From Eledone cirrhosa (Eukaryota), in NCBI GenBank assembly GCA_964016885.1, contig OZ024743.1, forward strand, positions 7,564,001-7,628,000: 64,000 bases of DNA, given 5' to 3'. A program made the position numbers and the translations under genes. This document shows positions 18,171 to 35,600 of this stretch, one piece after another (the stretch's first letter is position 1; each line of letters begins with the position of its first letter). The notes beneath the pieces are model-generated. The model was not told the origin of the DNA. It saw only the letters and a program-made list of their open reading frames with translations, and searched no databases.

Positions 18171-21100
18171 TCATCTAATACTATAATCTACCTCATCTAA
18201 TACTATAATCTACCCCATCTAATACTATAATCTACCCCATCTAATACTATAATCTACCTCATCTAATACTATAAACTACCTCATCTAATACTATAATATA
18301 CCTCATCTAAAACTATAATCTACCCCAACTATACTATAATCTAGCACATCTAATACTATAATCTACCCCATCTAATACTATAATCTAGCACATCTAATAC
18401 TATAATCTACCCCATCTAATACTATAATCTACCTCATCTAATACTATAATATACCTCATATAAAACTATAATCTATCCCATCTAATACTATAATCTAGCA
18501 CATCTAATACTATAATCTACCTAATCTAACACTAAAATCTACCCCATCTAATACTATGATATACCTCATCTAATACTATAATCTACGCCATCAAATACTA
18601 TAATCTACCTCATCTAATACTATAATCTATCCCATCTAATACTATAATCTATCTCTTCTAATACTATAATCTACCCCATCTAATACTATAATCTACCTCA
18701 TCTAATACTATAATCTACCCCATCTAATACTATAATATACCTCATCTAATACTATAATCTACCCCATCTAATACTATAATCTACCTCATCTAATACTATA
18801 ATCTACCTCATCTAATACTATAATCTACCTCATCTAATACTATAATATACCTCATATAAAACTATAATCTACCCCATCTAATACTATAATCTAGCACATC
18901 TAATACTATAATCTACCCCATCTAATACTATAATCTACCCCATCTAATACTATAATCTACCTCATCTAATACTATAATCTACCTCATCTAATACTATAAT
19001 CTACCTCATCTAAATACTATAATCTACCTCATCTAATACTATAATCTACCCCATCTAATACTATAATATAGCTCATCTAATACTATAATCTACCCCATCT
19101 AATACTATAATATACCTCATCTAATACTATAATCTACACCATCTAATACTATAATATACCTCATCTAATACTAGAATCTACCCCAACTAATACTATAATC
19201 TACCTCATCTAATACTATAATCTACCTCATCTAATACTATAATCTACCCCATCTAATACTATAATCTACCACATCTAATACTATAATCTACCTCATCTTT
19301 AACTATAATCTAACCCATTTAATACTATAATCTACCCCATCTAATACTATAATCTACCTCATCTAATATATTCTACCTCATCTAATACTATAATCTACCT
19401 CATCTAATACTATAATCTACCACATCTGATACTATAATCTACCTCATCTAATACTATAATCTACCCCATCTAATACTATAATCTACAACATCTAATACTA
19501 TAATCTACCTCATCTAATACTATAATCTACAACATCTAATACTATAATCTACCTGATCTAATACTATAATCTACCTCATCTAATACTATAATATACCTCA
19601 TCTAACAATATAATCTACCCCATCTAATAATATAATCTACTCCATCTAATACTATAATTTACAACATCTAATACTATAATCTACCTCATCTAATACTATA
19701 ATCTACCTCATCTAATACTATAATATACCTCATCTAAAAATATAATCTACCCCATCTAATAATATAATCTACTCCATCTAATACTATAATCTTCCCCATC
19801 TAATACTATAATCTACCTCATCTAATACTATAATCTACCTCATCTAATACTATAATCTACCTCATCTAATACTATAATCTACCTCATATAATACTATAAT
19901 CTACCTCATCTAATACTATAACCTACCTCATCTAATACTATAATCTACCTCATCTAATACTATAATCTACAACATCTAATACTATAATCTACCTCATCTA
20001 ATACTATAATCTACAACATCTAATACTATAATCTACCTCATCTAATACTATAATCTACCTCATCTAATACTATAATCTACCTCATCTAATACTACAATTT
20101 ACCTCAACTAATACTATAGGCTACCCCATCTAATACTATAATCTACAACATCTAATACTATAATCTACCTTATCTAATACTATAATCTACCTCATCTAAT
20201 ACTATAATCTACCTCATCTAATACTATAATCTACCTCATCTAATACTATAATCTACCTCATCTAATACTATAATCTACCTCATCTAATACTATAACCTAC
20301 CTCATCTAATACTATAATCTACCTCATCTAATACTATAATCTACAACATCTAATACTATAATCTACCTCATCTAATACTATAATCTACAACATCTAATAC
20401 TATAATCTACCTCATCTAATACTATAATCTACCTCATCTAATACTATAATATACCTCATCTAACAATATAATCTACCCCATCTAATAATATAATCTACTC
20501 CATCTAATACTATAATCTACAACATCTAATACTATAATCTACCTCATCTAATACTATAATCTACCTCATCTAATACTATAATATACCTCATCTAACAATA
20601 TAATCTACCCCATCTAATAATATAATCTACCCCATCTAATACTATAATCTACCCCATCTAATACTATAATCTAGCACATCTAATACTATAATCTATCTCA
20701 TCTAATACTATAATCTACCTCATCTAATACTATAATCTACCTCATCTAATACTATAATCTACCTCATATAATACTATAATCTACCTCATCTAATACTATA
20801 ATCTACCTCATCTAATACTACAATTTACCTCAACTAATACTATAGGCTACCCCATCTAATACTATAATCTACAACATCTAATACTATAATCTACCTCATC
20901 TAATACTATAATCTACCTCATCTAACAATATAATCTACTCCATCTAATAATATAATCTACCTCATCTAATACTATAATCTAGCACATCTAATACTATAAT
21001 CTACCCCATCTAATACTATAATCTACCCCATCTAATACTATAATCTACCTCATCTAATACTATAATCTACCTCATCTAATACTATAATCTACCCCATCAA

Positions 21101-24100
21101 ATACTATAATCTAACTCATCTAATACTATAATCTACCCCATCTAATAATATAATCTACCTCATCTAATACTATAATCTACCTCATCTAATACTATAATCT
21201 ACCTCATCTAATACTATAATCTACCACGTCTAATAATATAATCTACCCCATCTAATACTATAATCTACCCTATCTACTACTATAATCTACCCTATCTAAT
21301 ACTATAATGTACTTCATCTAATACTATAATCTACCACATCTAATATTATGATCTACCTCATCTAATACTATAATCTTCCACATCTAATACTATAATCTAC
21401 CTCATCTAATATTATAATCTACCCCATCTAATACTATAATCGACCCCATATAATAATATAATCTACGCCATCTAATACTATAATCTACCACATCTAATAC
21501 TATAATCTACCTCATCTAATACTATAAACTACCTCATCTAATACTATAATCTACCTCATCTAATACTATAATCTATCTCGTCCAATACTATAATCTACCT
21601 CATTTAATAATATAATCTACCCCATCTAATACTATAATCTAGCACATCTAATACTAAATCTACCCCATTAAATACTATAATCTACCCCATCTAATACTAT
21701 AATCTACCTCATCTAATACTATAATCTACCTCATCTAATACTATAATCTACCCCATCAAATACTATAATCTACCTCATCTAATACTATAATCTACCCCAT
21801 CTAATAATATAATCTACCTCATCTTATACTATAATCTACCTCATCTAATACTATAATCTACCTCATCTAATACTATAATTTACCTCATCTAATACTATAA
21901 CCTACCTCATCTAATACTATAATATACCTCATCTAATGCTATAATCTACTTCATCTAATACTATAATCTACCTCATCTAATACTATAATTTACCTCATCT
22001 AATACTATAACCTACCTCATCTAATACTATAATATACCTCATCTAATGCTATAATCTACTTCATCTAATACTATAATCTACCTCATCTAATACTATAATC
22101 TACCTCATCTGATACTATAATCTCCCTCATCAAATACTATAATTTACCTCATCTAATACTATAATCCACCTCATCTAATACTATAATCTACCTCATCTAT
22201 TACTATAATCTACCTCATATTATACTATAATCTACCTCATATAATACTATATTCTACCTCATCTAATACTACAATTTACCTCAACTAATACTATAATCTA
22301 CCCCATCTAATACTATAATCTACAACATCTAATACTATAATCGACCTCATCTAATACTATAATCGACCTCATCTTACACTATAATCTACCCCATCTAATA
22401 CTATAATCTACCCTATCTAATACTATAATGTACTTCATCTAATACTATAATCTACCACATCTAATATTATAATCTACCTCATCTAATACTATAATCTACC
22501 CCAACTAATACTATAATCTACCCCATCTAATACTATAATCTAGCTCATCTAATACTATAATCTACCTCATCTAATACTATAATCTACCTCATCTAATACT
22601 ATAATCTACCTCATCTAATAATATAATCTACCACATCTAATACTATAATTTACCCATATAATAATATAATCTACTTCATCTAATACTACAATCTTCCACA
22701 TCTAATACTATAATCTACCTCATCTAATACTATAATCTACCTCATCTAATACTATAATCTACCCCATCTAATACTATAATCTACCCCATCTAATACTATA
22801 ATCTACCTCATCTAATACTATAAACTACCTCATCTAATACTATAATATACCTCATCTAAAACTATAATCTACCCCAACCTTACTATAATCTAGCACATCT
22901 AATACTATAATCTACCCCATCTAATACTATAATCTAGCACATCTAATACTATAATCTACCCCATCTAATACTATAATCTACCTCATCTAATACTATAATA
23001 TACCTCATCTAAAACTATAATCTACCCCATCTAATACTATAATCTAGCACATCTAATAGTATAATCTACCTAATCTAACACTATAATCTACCCCATCTAA
23101 TACTATGATATACCTCATCTAATACTATAATCTACCCCATCAAATACTATAATCTACCTCATCTAATACTATAATCTCCCCCATCTAATACTATAATCTA
23201 TCTCTTCTAATACTATAATCTACCCCATCTAATACTATAATCTACCTCATCTAATACTATAATCTACCCCATCTAATACTATAATATACCTCATCTAATA
23301 CTATAATCTACCCCATCTAATACTATAATATACCTCATCTAATACTATAATCTACCCCATCTAATACTATAATCTACCTCATCTAATACTATAATCTACC
23401 TCATCTAATACTATAATCTACCCCATCAAATACTATAATCTACCTCATCTAATACTATAATCTACCCCATCAAATACTATAATCTACCCCATCTAATACT
23501 ATAATCTACCCCATCTAATACTATAATCTACCCCATCTAATACTATAATCTAGCACATCTAATACTATAATCTATCTCATCTAATACTATAATCTACCTC
23601 ATCTAATACTATAACCTACCTCATCTAATACTATAATATACCTCATCTAATACTATAATCTACTTCATCTAATACTATAATCTACCTCATCTAATACTAT
23701 AACCTACCTCATCTGATACTATAATCTCCCTCATCTAATACTATAATTTACCTCATCTAATACTATAATCTACCTCATCTAATACTATAATCTACCTCAA
23801 CTAATACTATAATCTCCCTCATCTAATACAATAATTTACCTCATCTAATATTATAATCTACCTCATCTTATACTATAATCTACCTCATCTAATACTATAA
23901 TCTACCTCATATAATAATATAATCTACCTCATCTAATACTATAATCTACCTCATCCAATACTACAATTTACCTCATCTAATACTATAATCTACCCCATCT
24001 AATACTATAATCTACAACATCTAATACTATAATCTACCTCATCTAATACTATAATCTACCTCATCTAATACTATAATCTACCCCATCTAACAATATAATC

Positions 24101-26759
24101 TACCCCATCTAATAATATAATCTCCCCCATCTAATACTATAATCTACCTCATCTAATACTATAATCTACCTCATCTAATACTATAATCTACCTCATCTAA
24201 TACTATAATATACCTCATATAATACTATAATCTACCTCATCTAATACTATAATCTACCTCATATAATACTATAATCTATTTCATCTAATACTATAATCTA
24301 CCTCATCTAATACTATAATCTACCTCATCTAATACTATAATCTACCACATCTAATAATATAATCTACCCCATCTAATACTATAATCTACCCTATCTACTA
24401 CTATAATCTACCCTATCTAATACTATAATGTACTTCATCTAATACTATAATCTACCACATCTAATATTATGATCTACCTCATCTAATACTATAATCTTCC
24501 ACATCTAATACTATAATGTACCCCAACTAATATTATAATCTACCCCATCTAATACTATAATCGACCCCATATAATAATATAATCTACGCCATCTAATACT
24601 ATAATCTACCACATCTAATACTATAATCTACCTCATCTAATACTATAAACTACCTCATCTAATACTATAATCTACCTCATCTAATACTATAATCTACCCC
24701 ATCTAATAATATAATCTACCTCATCTTATACTATAATCTACCTCATCTAATACTATAATCTACCTCATCTAATACTATAATTTACCTCATCTAATACTAT
24801 AACCTACCTCATCTAATACTATAATATACCTCATCTAATGCTATAATCTACTTCATCTAATACTATAATCTACCTCATCTAATACTATAATCTACCTCAT
24901 CTGATACTATAATCTCCCTCATCTAATACTATAATTTACCTCATCTAATACTATAATCCACCTCATCTAATACTATAATCTACCTCATCTAATACTATAA
25001 TCTATCTCGTCCAATACTATAATCTACCTCATTTAATAATATAATCTACCCCATCTAATACTATAATCTAGCACATCTAATACTAAATCTACCCCATTTA
25101 ATACTATAATCTACCCCATCTAATACTATAATCTACCTCATCTAATACTATAATCTACCTCATCTAATACTATAATCTACCCCATCAAATACTATAATCT
25201 ACCTCATCTAATACTATAATCTACCCCATCTAATAATATAATCTACCTCATCTTATACTATAATCTACCTCATCTAATACTATAATCTACCTCATCTAAT
25301 ACTATAATTTACCTCATCTAATACTATAACCTACCTCATCTAATACTATAATATACCTCATCTAATGCTATAATCTACTTCATCTAATACTATAATCTAC
25401 CTCATCTAATACTATAATCTACCTCATCTGATACTATAATCTCCCTCATCTAATACTATAATTTACCCCATCTAATACTATAATATACCTCATCTAATAC
25501 TATAATCTACCCCATCTAATACTATAAAATACCTCATCTAATACTATAATCTACACCATCTAATACTATAATATACCTCATCTAATACTATAATCTACCC
25601 CATCTAATACTATAATCTACAACATCTAATACTATAATCGACCTCATCTAATACTATAATCGACCTCATCTAACACTATAATCTACCCCATCTAATACTA
25701 TAATCTACCCTATCTAATACTATAATGTACTTCATCTAATACTATAATCTACCACATCTAATATTATAATCTACCTCATCTAATACTATAATCTACCCCA
25801 ACTAATACTATAATCTACCCCATCTAATACTATAATCTAGCTCATCTAATACTATAATCTACCTCATCTAATACTATAATCTACCTCATCTAATACTATA
25901 ATCTACCTCATCTAATAATATAATCTACCCCATCTAATACTATAATTTACCCATATAATAATATAATCTACTTCATCTAATACTACAATCTTCCACATCT
26001 AATACTATAATCTACCTCATCTAATACTATAATCTAGCACATCTAATACTATAATCTACCCCATCTAATACTATAATCTACCTCATCTAATACTATAATC
26101 TACCTCATCTAATACTATAATCTACCTCATCTAAATACTATAATCTACCTCATCTAATACTATAATCTACCCCATCTAATACTATAATATACCTCATCTA
26201 ATACTATAATCTACCCCATCTAATACTATAAAATACCTCATCTAATACTATAATCTACACCATCTAATACTATAATATACCTCATCTAATACTATAATCT
26301 ACCCCAACTAATACTATAATCTACCTCATCTAATACTATAATCTACCTCATCTAATACTATAATCTACCCCATCTAATACTATAATCTACCACATCTAAT
26401 ACTATAATCTACCTCATCTAATATATTCTAACTCATCTAATACTATAATCTACCTCATCTAATACTATAATCTACCACATCTGATACTATAATCTACCTC
26501 ATCTAATACTATAATCTACCCCATCTAATACTATAATCTACAACATCTAATACTATAATCTACCTCATCTAATACTATAATCTACCTCATCTAATACTAT
26601 AATATACCTCATCTAACAATATAATCTACCCCATCTAATAATATAATCTACTCCATCTAATACTATAATCTTCCCCATCTAATACTATAATCTACCTCAT
26701 CTAATACTATAATCTACCTCATCTAATACTATAATCTACCTCATCTAATACTATAATAT

Positions 26760-29600
26760 ACCTCATATAATACTATAATCTACCTCATCTAATACTATAA
26801 TCTACATCATCTAATACTACAATTTACCTCAACTAATACTATAGGCTACCCCATCTAATACTATAATCTACAACATCTAATACTATAATCTACCTCATCT
26901 AATACTATAATCTACCTCATCTAACAATATAATCTACTCCATCTAATAATATAATCTACCCCATCTAATACTATAATCTAGCACATCTAATACTATAATC
27001 TACCCCATCTAATACAATAATCTACCCCATCTAATACTATAATCTACCTCATCTAATACTATAATCTACCTCATCTAATACTATAATCTAACCCATCAAA
27101 TACTATAATCTACCTCATCTAATACTATAATCTACCTCATCTAATACTATAATCTACCTCAGCTAATACTATAACCTACCTCATCTAATACTATAATATA
27201 CCTCATCTAATACTATAATCTACTTCATTATAATACTACAATTTACCTCAACTAATACTATAATCTACCCCATCTAATATTATAATCTACAACATCTAAT
27301 ACTATAATCTACCTCATCTAATACTATTGATACCTCATCTAATACTATAATCTACCCCATCTAACAATATAATCTACCCCATATAATAATATAATCTACT
27401 CCATCTAATACTATATTCTACCACATCTAATACTATAAACTACATCATCTAATACTATAATATACATCATCTAAAACTATAATCTACCCCAACTTATACT
27501 ATAATCTAGCACATCTAATACTATAATCTACTTCATCTAATACTATAATCTTCCACATCTAATACTATAATCTTCCACATCTAATACTATAATCTACCCC
27601 ATCTAATACTATAATCTATCTCTTCTAATACTATAATCTACCCCATCTAATACTATAATCTACCTCATCTAATACTATAATCTACCCCATCTAATACTAT
27701 AATATACCTCATCTAATACTATAATCTACCCCATCTAATACTATAATATACCTCATCTAATACTATAATCTACCCCATCTAATACTATAATCTACCTCAT
27801 CAAATACTATAATCTACCTCATCTAATAGTATAATCTACCCCATCAAATACTATAATCTACCTCATCTAATACTATAATCTACCCCATCAAATACTATAA
27901 TCTACCCCATCTAATACTATAATCTATCTCTTCTAATACTATAATCTACCCCATCTAATACTATAATCTACCCCATCTAATATTATAATCTAGCACATCT
28001 AATACTATAATCTATCTCATCTAATACTATAATCTACCTCATCTAATACTATAATCTACCTCATCTAATACTATAATATACCTCATCTAATACTATAATA
28101 TACCTCATCTAATACTATAATCTACCCCATCTATTACTATAATCTACCCCATCTAATACTATAATCTACCTCATCTAATACTATAATCTACCTCATATAA
28201 TACTATAATCTACCTCATCTAATACTATAATCTACATCATCTAATACTACAATTTACCTCAACTAATACTATAGGCTACCCCATCTAATACTATAATCTA
28301 CAACATCTAATACTATAATCTACCTCAACTAATACTATAATCTACCTCATCTAACAATATAATCTACTCCATCTAATACTATAATCTACCCCATCTAATA
28401 CAATAATCTACCCCATCTAATACTATAATCTACCTCATCTAATACTATAATCTACCTCATCTAATACTATAATCTACCCCATCAATTACTATAATCTACC
28501 TCATCTAATACTATAATCTACCTCATCTAATACTATAATCTACCTCATCTAATACTATAACCTACCTCATCTAATACTATAATATACCTCATCTAATACT
28601 ATAATCTACTTCATTATAATACTACAATTTACCTCAACTAATACTATAATCTACCCCATCTAATATTATAATCTACAACATCTAATACTATAATCTACCT
28701 CATCTAATACTATTGATACCTCATCTAATACTATAATCTACCCCATCTAACAATATAATCTACCCCATCTAATAATATAATCTACTCCATCTAATACTAT
28801 ATTCTACCACATCTAATACTATAAACTACCTCATCTAATACTATAATATACATCATCTAAAACTATAATCTACCCCAACTTATACTATAATCTAGCACAT
28901 CTAATACTATAATCTACTTCATCTAATACTATAATCTTCCACATCTAATACTATAATCTTCCACATCTAATACTATAATCTACCCCATCTAATACTATAA
29001 TCTATCTCTTCTAATACTATAATCTACCCCATCTAATACTATAATCTACCTCATCTAATACTATAATCTACCCCATCTAATACTATAATATACCTCATCT
29101 AATACTATAATCTACCCCATCTAATACTATAATATACCTCATCTAATACTATAATCTACCCCATCTAATACTATAATCTACCTCATCAAATACTATAATC
29201 TACCTCATCTAATACTATAATCTACCCCATCAAATACTATAATCTACCTCATCTAATACTATAATCTACCCCATCAAATACTATAATCTACCCCATCTAA
29301 TACTATAATCTATCTCTTCTAATACTATAATCTACCCCATCTAATACTATAATCTACCCCATCTAATATTATAATCTAGCACATCTAATACTATAATCTA
29401 TCTCATCTAATACTATAATCTACCTCATCTAATACTATAATCTACCTCATCTAATACTATAATCTACCTCATCTAATACTATAATATACCTCATCTAATA
29501 CTATAATATACCTCATCTAATACTATAATCTACCCCATCTATTACTATAATCTACCCCATCTAATACTATAATCTACCTCATCTAATACTATAATCTACC
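26760..29600. repeat. Tandem duplication of a ~63-65 monomer unit (~1.39-1.43 kb), with further copies at ~31.4-32.8 kb and, in part, ~33.4-34.7 kb
   Basis: CATTATAATACTAC occurs at 27226, 28612, 31819 and 33884. TATTGATACC is at 27325/28711 (+1386). The GG of ATAGGCT is at 26844/28274 (+1430). Confidence 0.82.
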
Positions 29601-32600
29601 CCATCTAATACTATAATATACCTCATCTAATACTATAATGTACATCATCTAATACTATAATCTACCTCATCTAATATATTCTACCTCATCTAATACTATA
29701 ATCTACCTCATCTAATACTATAATCTACCACATCTGATACTATAATCTACCTCATCTAATACTATAATCTACCCCATCTAATACTATAATCTACAACATC
29801 TAATACTATAATCTACCTCATCTAATACTATAATCTACAACATCTAATACTATAATCTACCTCATCTAATACTATAATCTACCTCATCTAATACTATAAT
29901 ATACCTCATCTAACAATATAATCTACCCCATCTAATAATATAATCTACTCCATCTAATACTATAATCTACAACATCTAATACTATAATCTACCTCATCTA
30001 ATACTATAATCTACCTCATCTAATACTATAATATACCTCATCTAACAATATAATCTACCCCATCTAATAATATAATCTACTCCATCTAATACTATAATCT
30101 TCCCCATCTAATACTATAATCTACCTCATCTAATACTATAATCTACCTCATCTAATACTATAATCTACCTCATCTAATACTATAATCTACCCCATCAAAT
30201 ACTATAATCTACCTCATCTAATACTATAATCTACCCAATCAAATACTATAATCTACCCCATCTAATACTATAATCTACCCCATCTAATACTATAATCTAC
30301 CCCATCTAATACTATAATCTAGCACATCTAATACTATAATCTATCTCATCTAATACTATAATCTACCTCATCTAATAATATAATCTACCTCATCTAATAC
30401 TATAATATACCTCATCGAATACTATAAAATACCTCATCTAATAATATAATCTACGCCATCTAATACTATAATCTACCCCATCTAATACTATAATCTACCT
30501 CATCTAATACTATAATCTACCTCATCTAATACTATAATCTACCTCATCTAAATACTATAATCTACCTCATCTAATACTATAATCTACCACATCTAATACT
30601 ATAATATACCTCATCTAATACTATAATCTACCCCATCTAATACTATAAAATACCTCATCTAATACTATAATCTACACCATCTAATACTATAATATACCTC
30701 ATCTAATACTATAATCTACCCCAACTAATACTATAATCTACCTCATCTAATACTATAATCTACCTCATCTAATACTATAATCTACCCCATCTAATACTAT
30801 AATCTACCACATCTAATACTATAATCTACCTCATCTAATATATTCTAACTCATCTAATACTATAATCTACCTCATCTAATACTATAATCTACCACATCTG
30901 ATACTATAATCTACCTCATCTAATACTATAATCTACCCCATCTAATACTATAATCTACAACATCTAATACTATAATCTACCTCATCTAATACTATAATCT
31001 ACAACATCTAATACTATAATCTACCTCATCTAATACTATAATCTACCTCATCTAATACTATAATATACCTCATCGAACAATATAATCTACCCCATCTAAT
31101 AATATAATCTACTCCATCTAATACTATAATCTACAACATCTAATACTATAATCTACCTCATCTAATACTATAATCTACCTCATCTAATACTATAATATAC
31201 CTCATCTAACAATATAATCTACCCCATCTAATAATATAATCTACTCCATCTAATACTATAATCTTCCCCATCTAATACTATAATCTACCTCATCTAATAC
31301 TATAATCTACCTCATCTAATACTATAATCTACCTCATCTAATACTATAATCTACCTCATATAATACTATAATCTACCTCATCTAATACTATAATCTACAT
31401 CATCTAATACTACAATTTACCTCAACTAATACTATAGGCTACCCCATCTAATACTATAATCTACAACATCTAATACTATAATCTACCTCATCTAATACTA
31501 TAATCTACCTCTACTAACAATATAATCTACTCCATCTAATAATATAATCTACCCCATCTAATACTATAATCTAGCACATCTAATACTATAATCTACCCCA
31601 TCTAATACAATAATCTACCCCATCTAATACTATAATCTACCTCATCTAATACTATAATCTACCTCATCTAATACTATAATCTACCCCATCAAATACTATA
31701 ATCTACCTCATCTAATACTATAATCTACCTCATCTAATACTATAATCTACCTCATCTAATACTATAACCTACCTCATCTAATACTATAATATACCTCATC
31801 TAATACTATAATCTACTTCATTATAATACTACAATTTACCTCAACTAATACTATAATCTACCCCATCTAATATTATAATCTACAACATCTAATACTATAA
31901 TCTACCTCATCTAATACTATTGATACCTCATCTAATACTATAATCTACCCCATCTAACAATATAATCTACCCCATCTAATAATATAATCTACTCCATCTA
32001 ATACTATATTCTACCACATCTAATACTATAAACTACCTCATCTAATACTATAATATACATCATCTAAAACTATAATCTACCCCAACTTATACTATAATCT
32101 AGCACATCTAATACTATAATCTACTTCATCTAATACTATAATCTTCCACATCTAATACTATAATCTTCCACATCTAATACTATAATCTACCCCATCTAAT
32201 ACTATAATCTATCTCTTCTAATACTATAATCTACCCCATCTAATACTATAATCTACCTCATCTAATACTATAATCTACCCCATCTAATACTATAATATAC
32301 CTCATCTAATACTATAATCTACCCCATCTAATACTATAATATACCTCATCTAATACTATAATCTACCCCATCTAATACTATAATCTACCTCATCAAATAC
32401 TATAATCTACCTCATCTAATACTATAATCTACCCCATCAAATACTATAATCTACCTCATCTAATACTATAATCTACCCCATCAAATACTATAATCTACCC
32501 CATCTAATACTATAATCTATCTCTTCTAATACTATAATCTACCCCATCTAATACTATAATCTACCCCATCTAATATTATAATCTAGCACATCTAATACTA

Positions 32601-35600
32601 TAATCTATCTCATCTAATACTATAATCTACCTCATCTAATACTATAATCTACCTCATCTAATACTATAATATACCTCATCTAATACTATAATATACCTCA
32701 TCTAATACTATAATCTACCCCATCTATTACTATAATCTACCCCATCTAATACTATAATCTACCTCATCTAATACTATAATCTACCTCATCTAATACTATA
32801 ATCTACCCCATCTAATACTATAATATACCTCATCTAATACTATAATGTACATCATCTAATACTATAATCTACCTCATCTAATATATTCTACCTCATCTAA
32901 TACTATAATCTACCTCATCTAATACTATAATCTATCACATCTGATACTATAATCTACCTGATCTAATACTATAATCTACCCCATCTAATACTATAATCTA
33001 CAACATCTAATACTATAATCTACCTCATCTAATACTATAATCTACAACATCTAATACTATAATCTACCTCATCTAATACTATAATCTACCTCATCTAATA
33101 CTATAATATACCTCATCTAACAATATAATCTACCCCATCTAATAATATAATCTACTCCATCTAATACTATAATCTACAACATCTAATACTATAATCTACC
33201 TCATCTAATACTATAATCTACCTCATCTAATACTATAATATACCTCATCTAACAATATAATCTACCCCATCTAATAATATAATCTACTCCATCTAATACT
33301 ATAATCTTCCCCATCTAATACTATAATCTACCTCATCTAATACTATAATCTACCTCATCTAATACTATAATCTACCTCATCTAATACTATAATCTACCTC
33401 ATATAATACTATAATCTACCTCATCTAATACTATAATCTACCTCATCTAATACTACAATTTACCTCAACTAATACTATAGGCTACCCCATCTAATACTAT
33501 AATCTACAACATCTAATACTATAATCTACCTCATCTAATACTATAATCTACCTCATCTAACAATATAATCTACTACATCTAATAATATAATCTACCCCAT
33601 CTAATACTATAATCTAGCACATCTAATACTATAATCTACCCCATCTAAGACAATAATCTACCCCATCTAATACTATAATCTACCTCATCTAATACTATAA
33701 TCTACCTCATCTAATACTATAATCTACCCCATCAAATACTATAATCTACCTCATCTAATACTATAATCTACCTCATCTAATACTATAATCTACCTCATCT
33801 AATACTATAATCTACCTCATCTAATACTATAACCTACCTCATCTAATACTATAATATACCTCATCTAATACTATAATCTACTTCATTATAATACTACAAT
33901 TTACCTCAATTAATACTATAATCTACCCCATCTAATATTATAATCTACAACATCTAATACTATAATCTACCTCATCTAATACTATTGATACCTCATCTAA
34001 TACTATAATCTACCCCATCTAACAATATAATCTACCCCATCTAATAATATAATCTACTCCATCTAATACTATATTCTACCTCATCTAATACTATAATCTA
34101 CTCCATCTAATACTATAATCTACCTCATCTAATACTATAATCTACCTCATCTAATACTATAATCTACCTCATCAAATACTATAATCTACCTCATCTAATA
34201 ATATAATCTACCCCATCTAATAATATAAGCTACCCCATCTAATACTATAATCTACCCTATCTAATACTATAATCTACTTCATCTAATACTATAATCTACC
34301 ACATCTAATATTATAATCTACCTCATCTAATACTATAATCTACCTCATCTAATACTATAAACTACCTCATCTAATACTATAATATACATCATCTAAAACT
34401 ATAATCTACCCCAACTTATACTATAATCTAGCACATCTAATACTATAATCTACTTCATCTAATACTATAATCTTCCACATCTAATACTATAATCTTCCAC
34501 ATCTAATACTATAATCTACCCCATCTAATACTATAATCTATCTCTTCTAATACTATAATCTACCCCATCTAATACTATAATCTACCTCATCTAATACTAT
34601 AATCTACCCCATCTAATACTATAATATACCTCATCTAATACTATAATCTACCCCATCTAATACTATAATATACCTCATCTAATACTATAATCTACCCCAT
34701 CTAATACTATAATCTACCTCATCAAATACTATAATCTACCACATCTAATACTATAATCTACCTCATCTAATACTATAATCTACCTCATCTAATACTATAA
34801 TCTACCCCATCTAATACTATAATATACCTCATCTAATACTATAATGTACACCATCTAATACTATAATCTACCTCATCTAATACTATAATCTACCCCAACT
34901 AATACTATAATCTACCTCATCTAATACTATAATCTACCTCATCTAATACTATAATCTACCCCATCTAATACTATAATCTACCACATCTAATACTATAATC
35001 TACCTCAACTTTAACTATAATCTAACCCATTTAATACTATAATCTACCCCATTTAATACTATAATTTACCTCATCTAATATATTCTACCTCATCTAATAC
35101 TATAATCTACCTCATCTAATACTATAATCTACCACATCTGATACTATAATCTACCTCATCTAATACTATAATCTACCCCATCTAATACTATAATCTTTAA
35201 CATCTAATACTATAATCTACCTCATCTAATACTATAATCTACAACATCTAATACTATAATCTACCTCATCTAATACTATAATCTACCTCATCTAATAATA
35301 TAATATACCTCATCTAACAATATAATCTAACCCATCTAATAATATAATCTACTCCATCTAATACTATAATCTACAACATCTAATACTATAATCTACCTCA
35401 TCTAATACTATAATCTACCTCATCTAATACTATAATCTACCTCATCTAATACTATAATCTACCTCATCTAATACTATAATCTACCTCATATAATACTATA
35501 ATCTACCTCATCTAATACTATAATCTACCTCATCTAATACTGCAATTTACCTCAACTAATACTATAGGGTACCCCATCTAATACTATAATCTACAACATC

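Larger units (their letters stand above)
7923..19169. repeat. Higher-order blocks, left family, copies 3 and 4 (~5.2 kb and ~6.0 kb, internally rearranged)
   Basis: ACTAGAATCTACCCCAACT occurs at 7923, 13150 and 19170. CATCTTTAAC occurs at 8024, 13274 and 19294. Confidence 0.75.
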
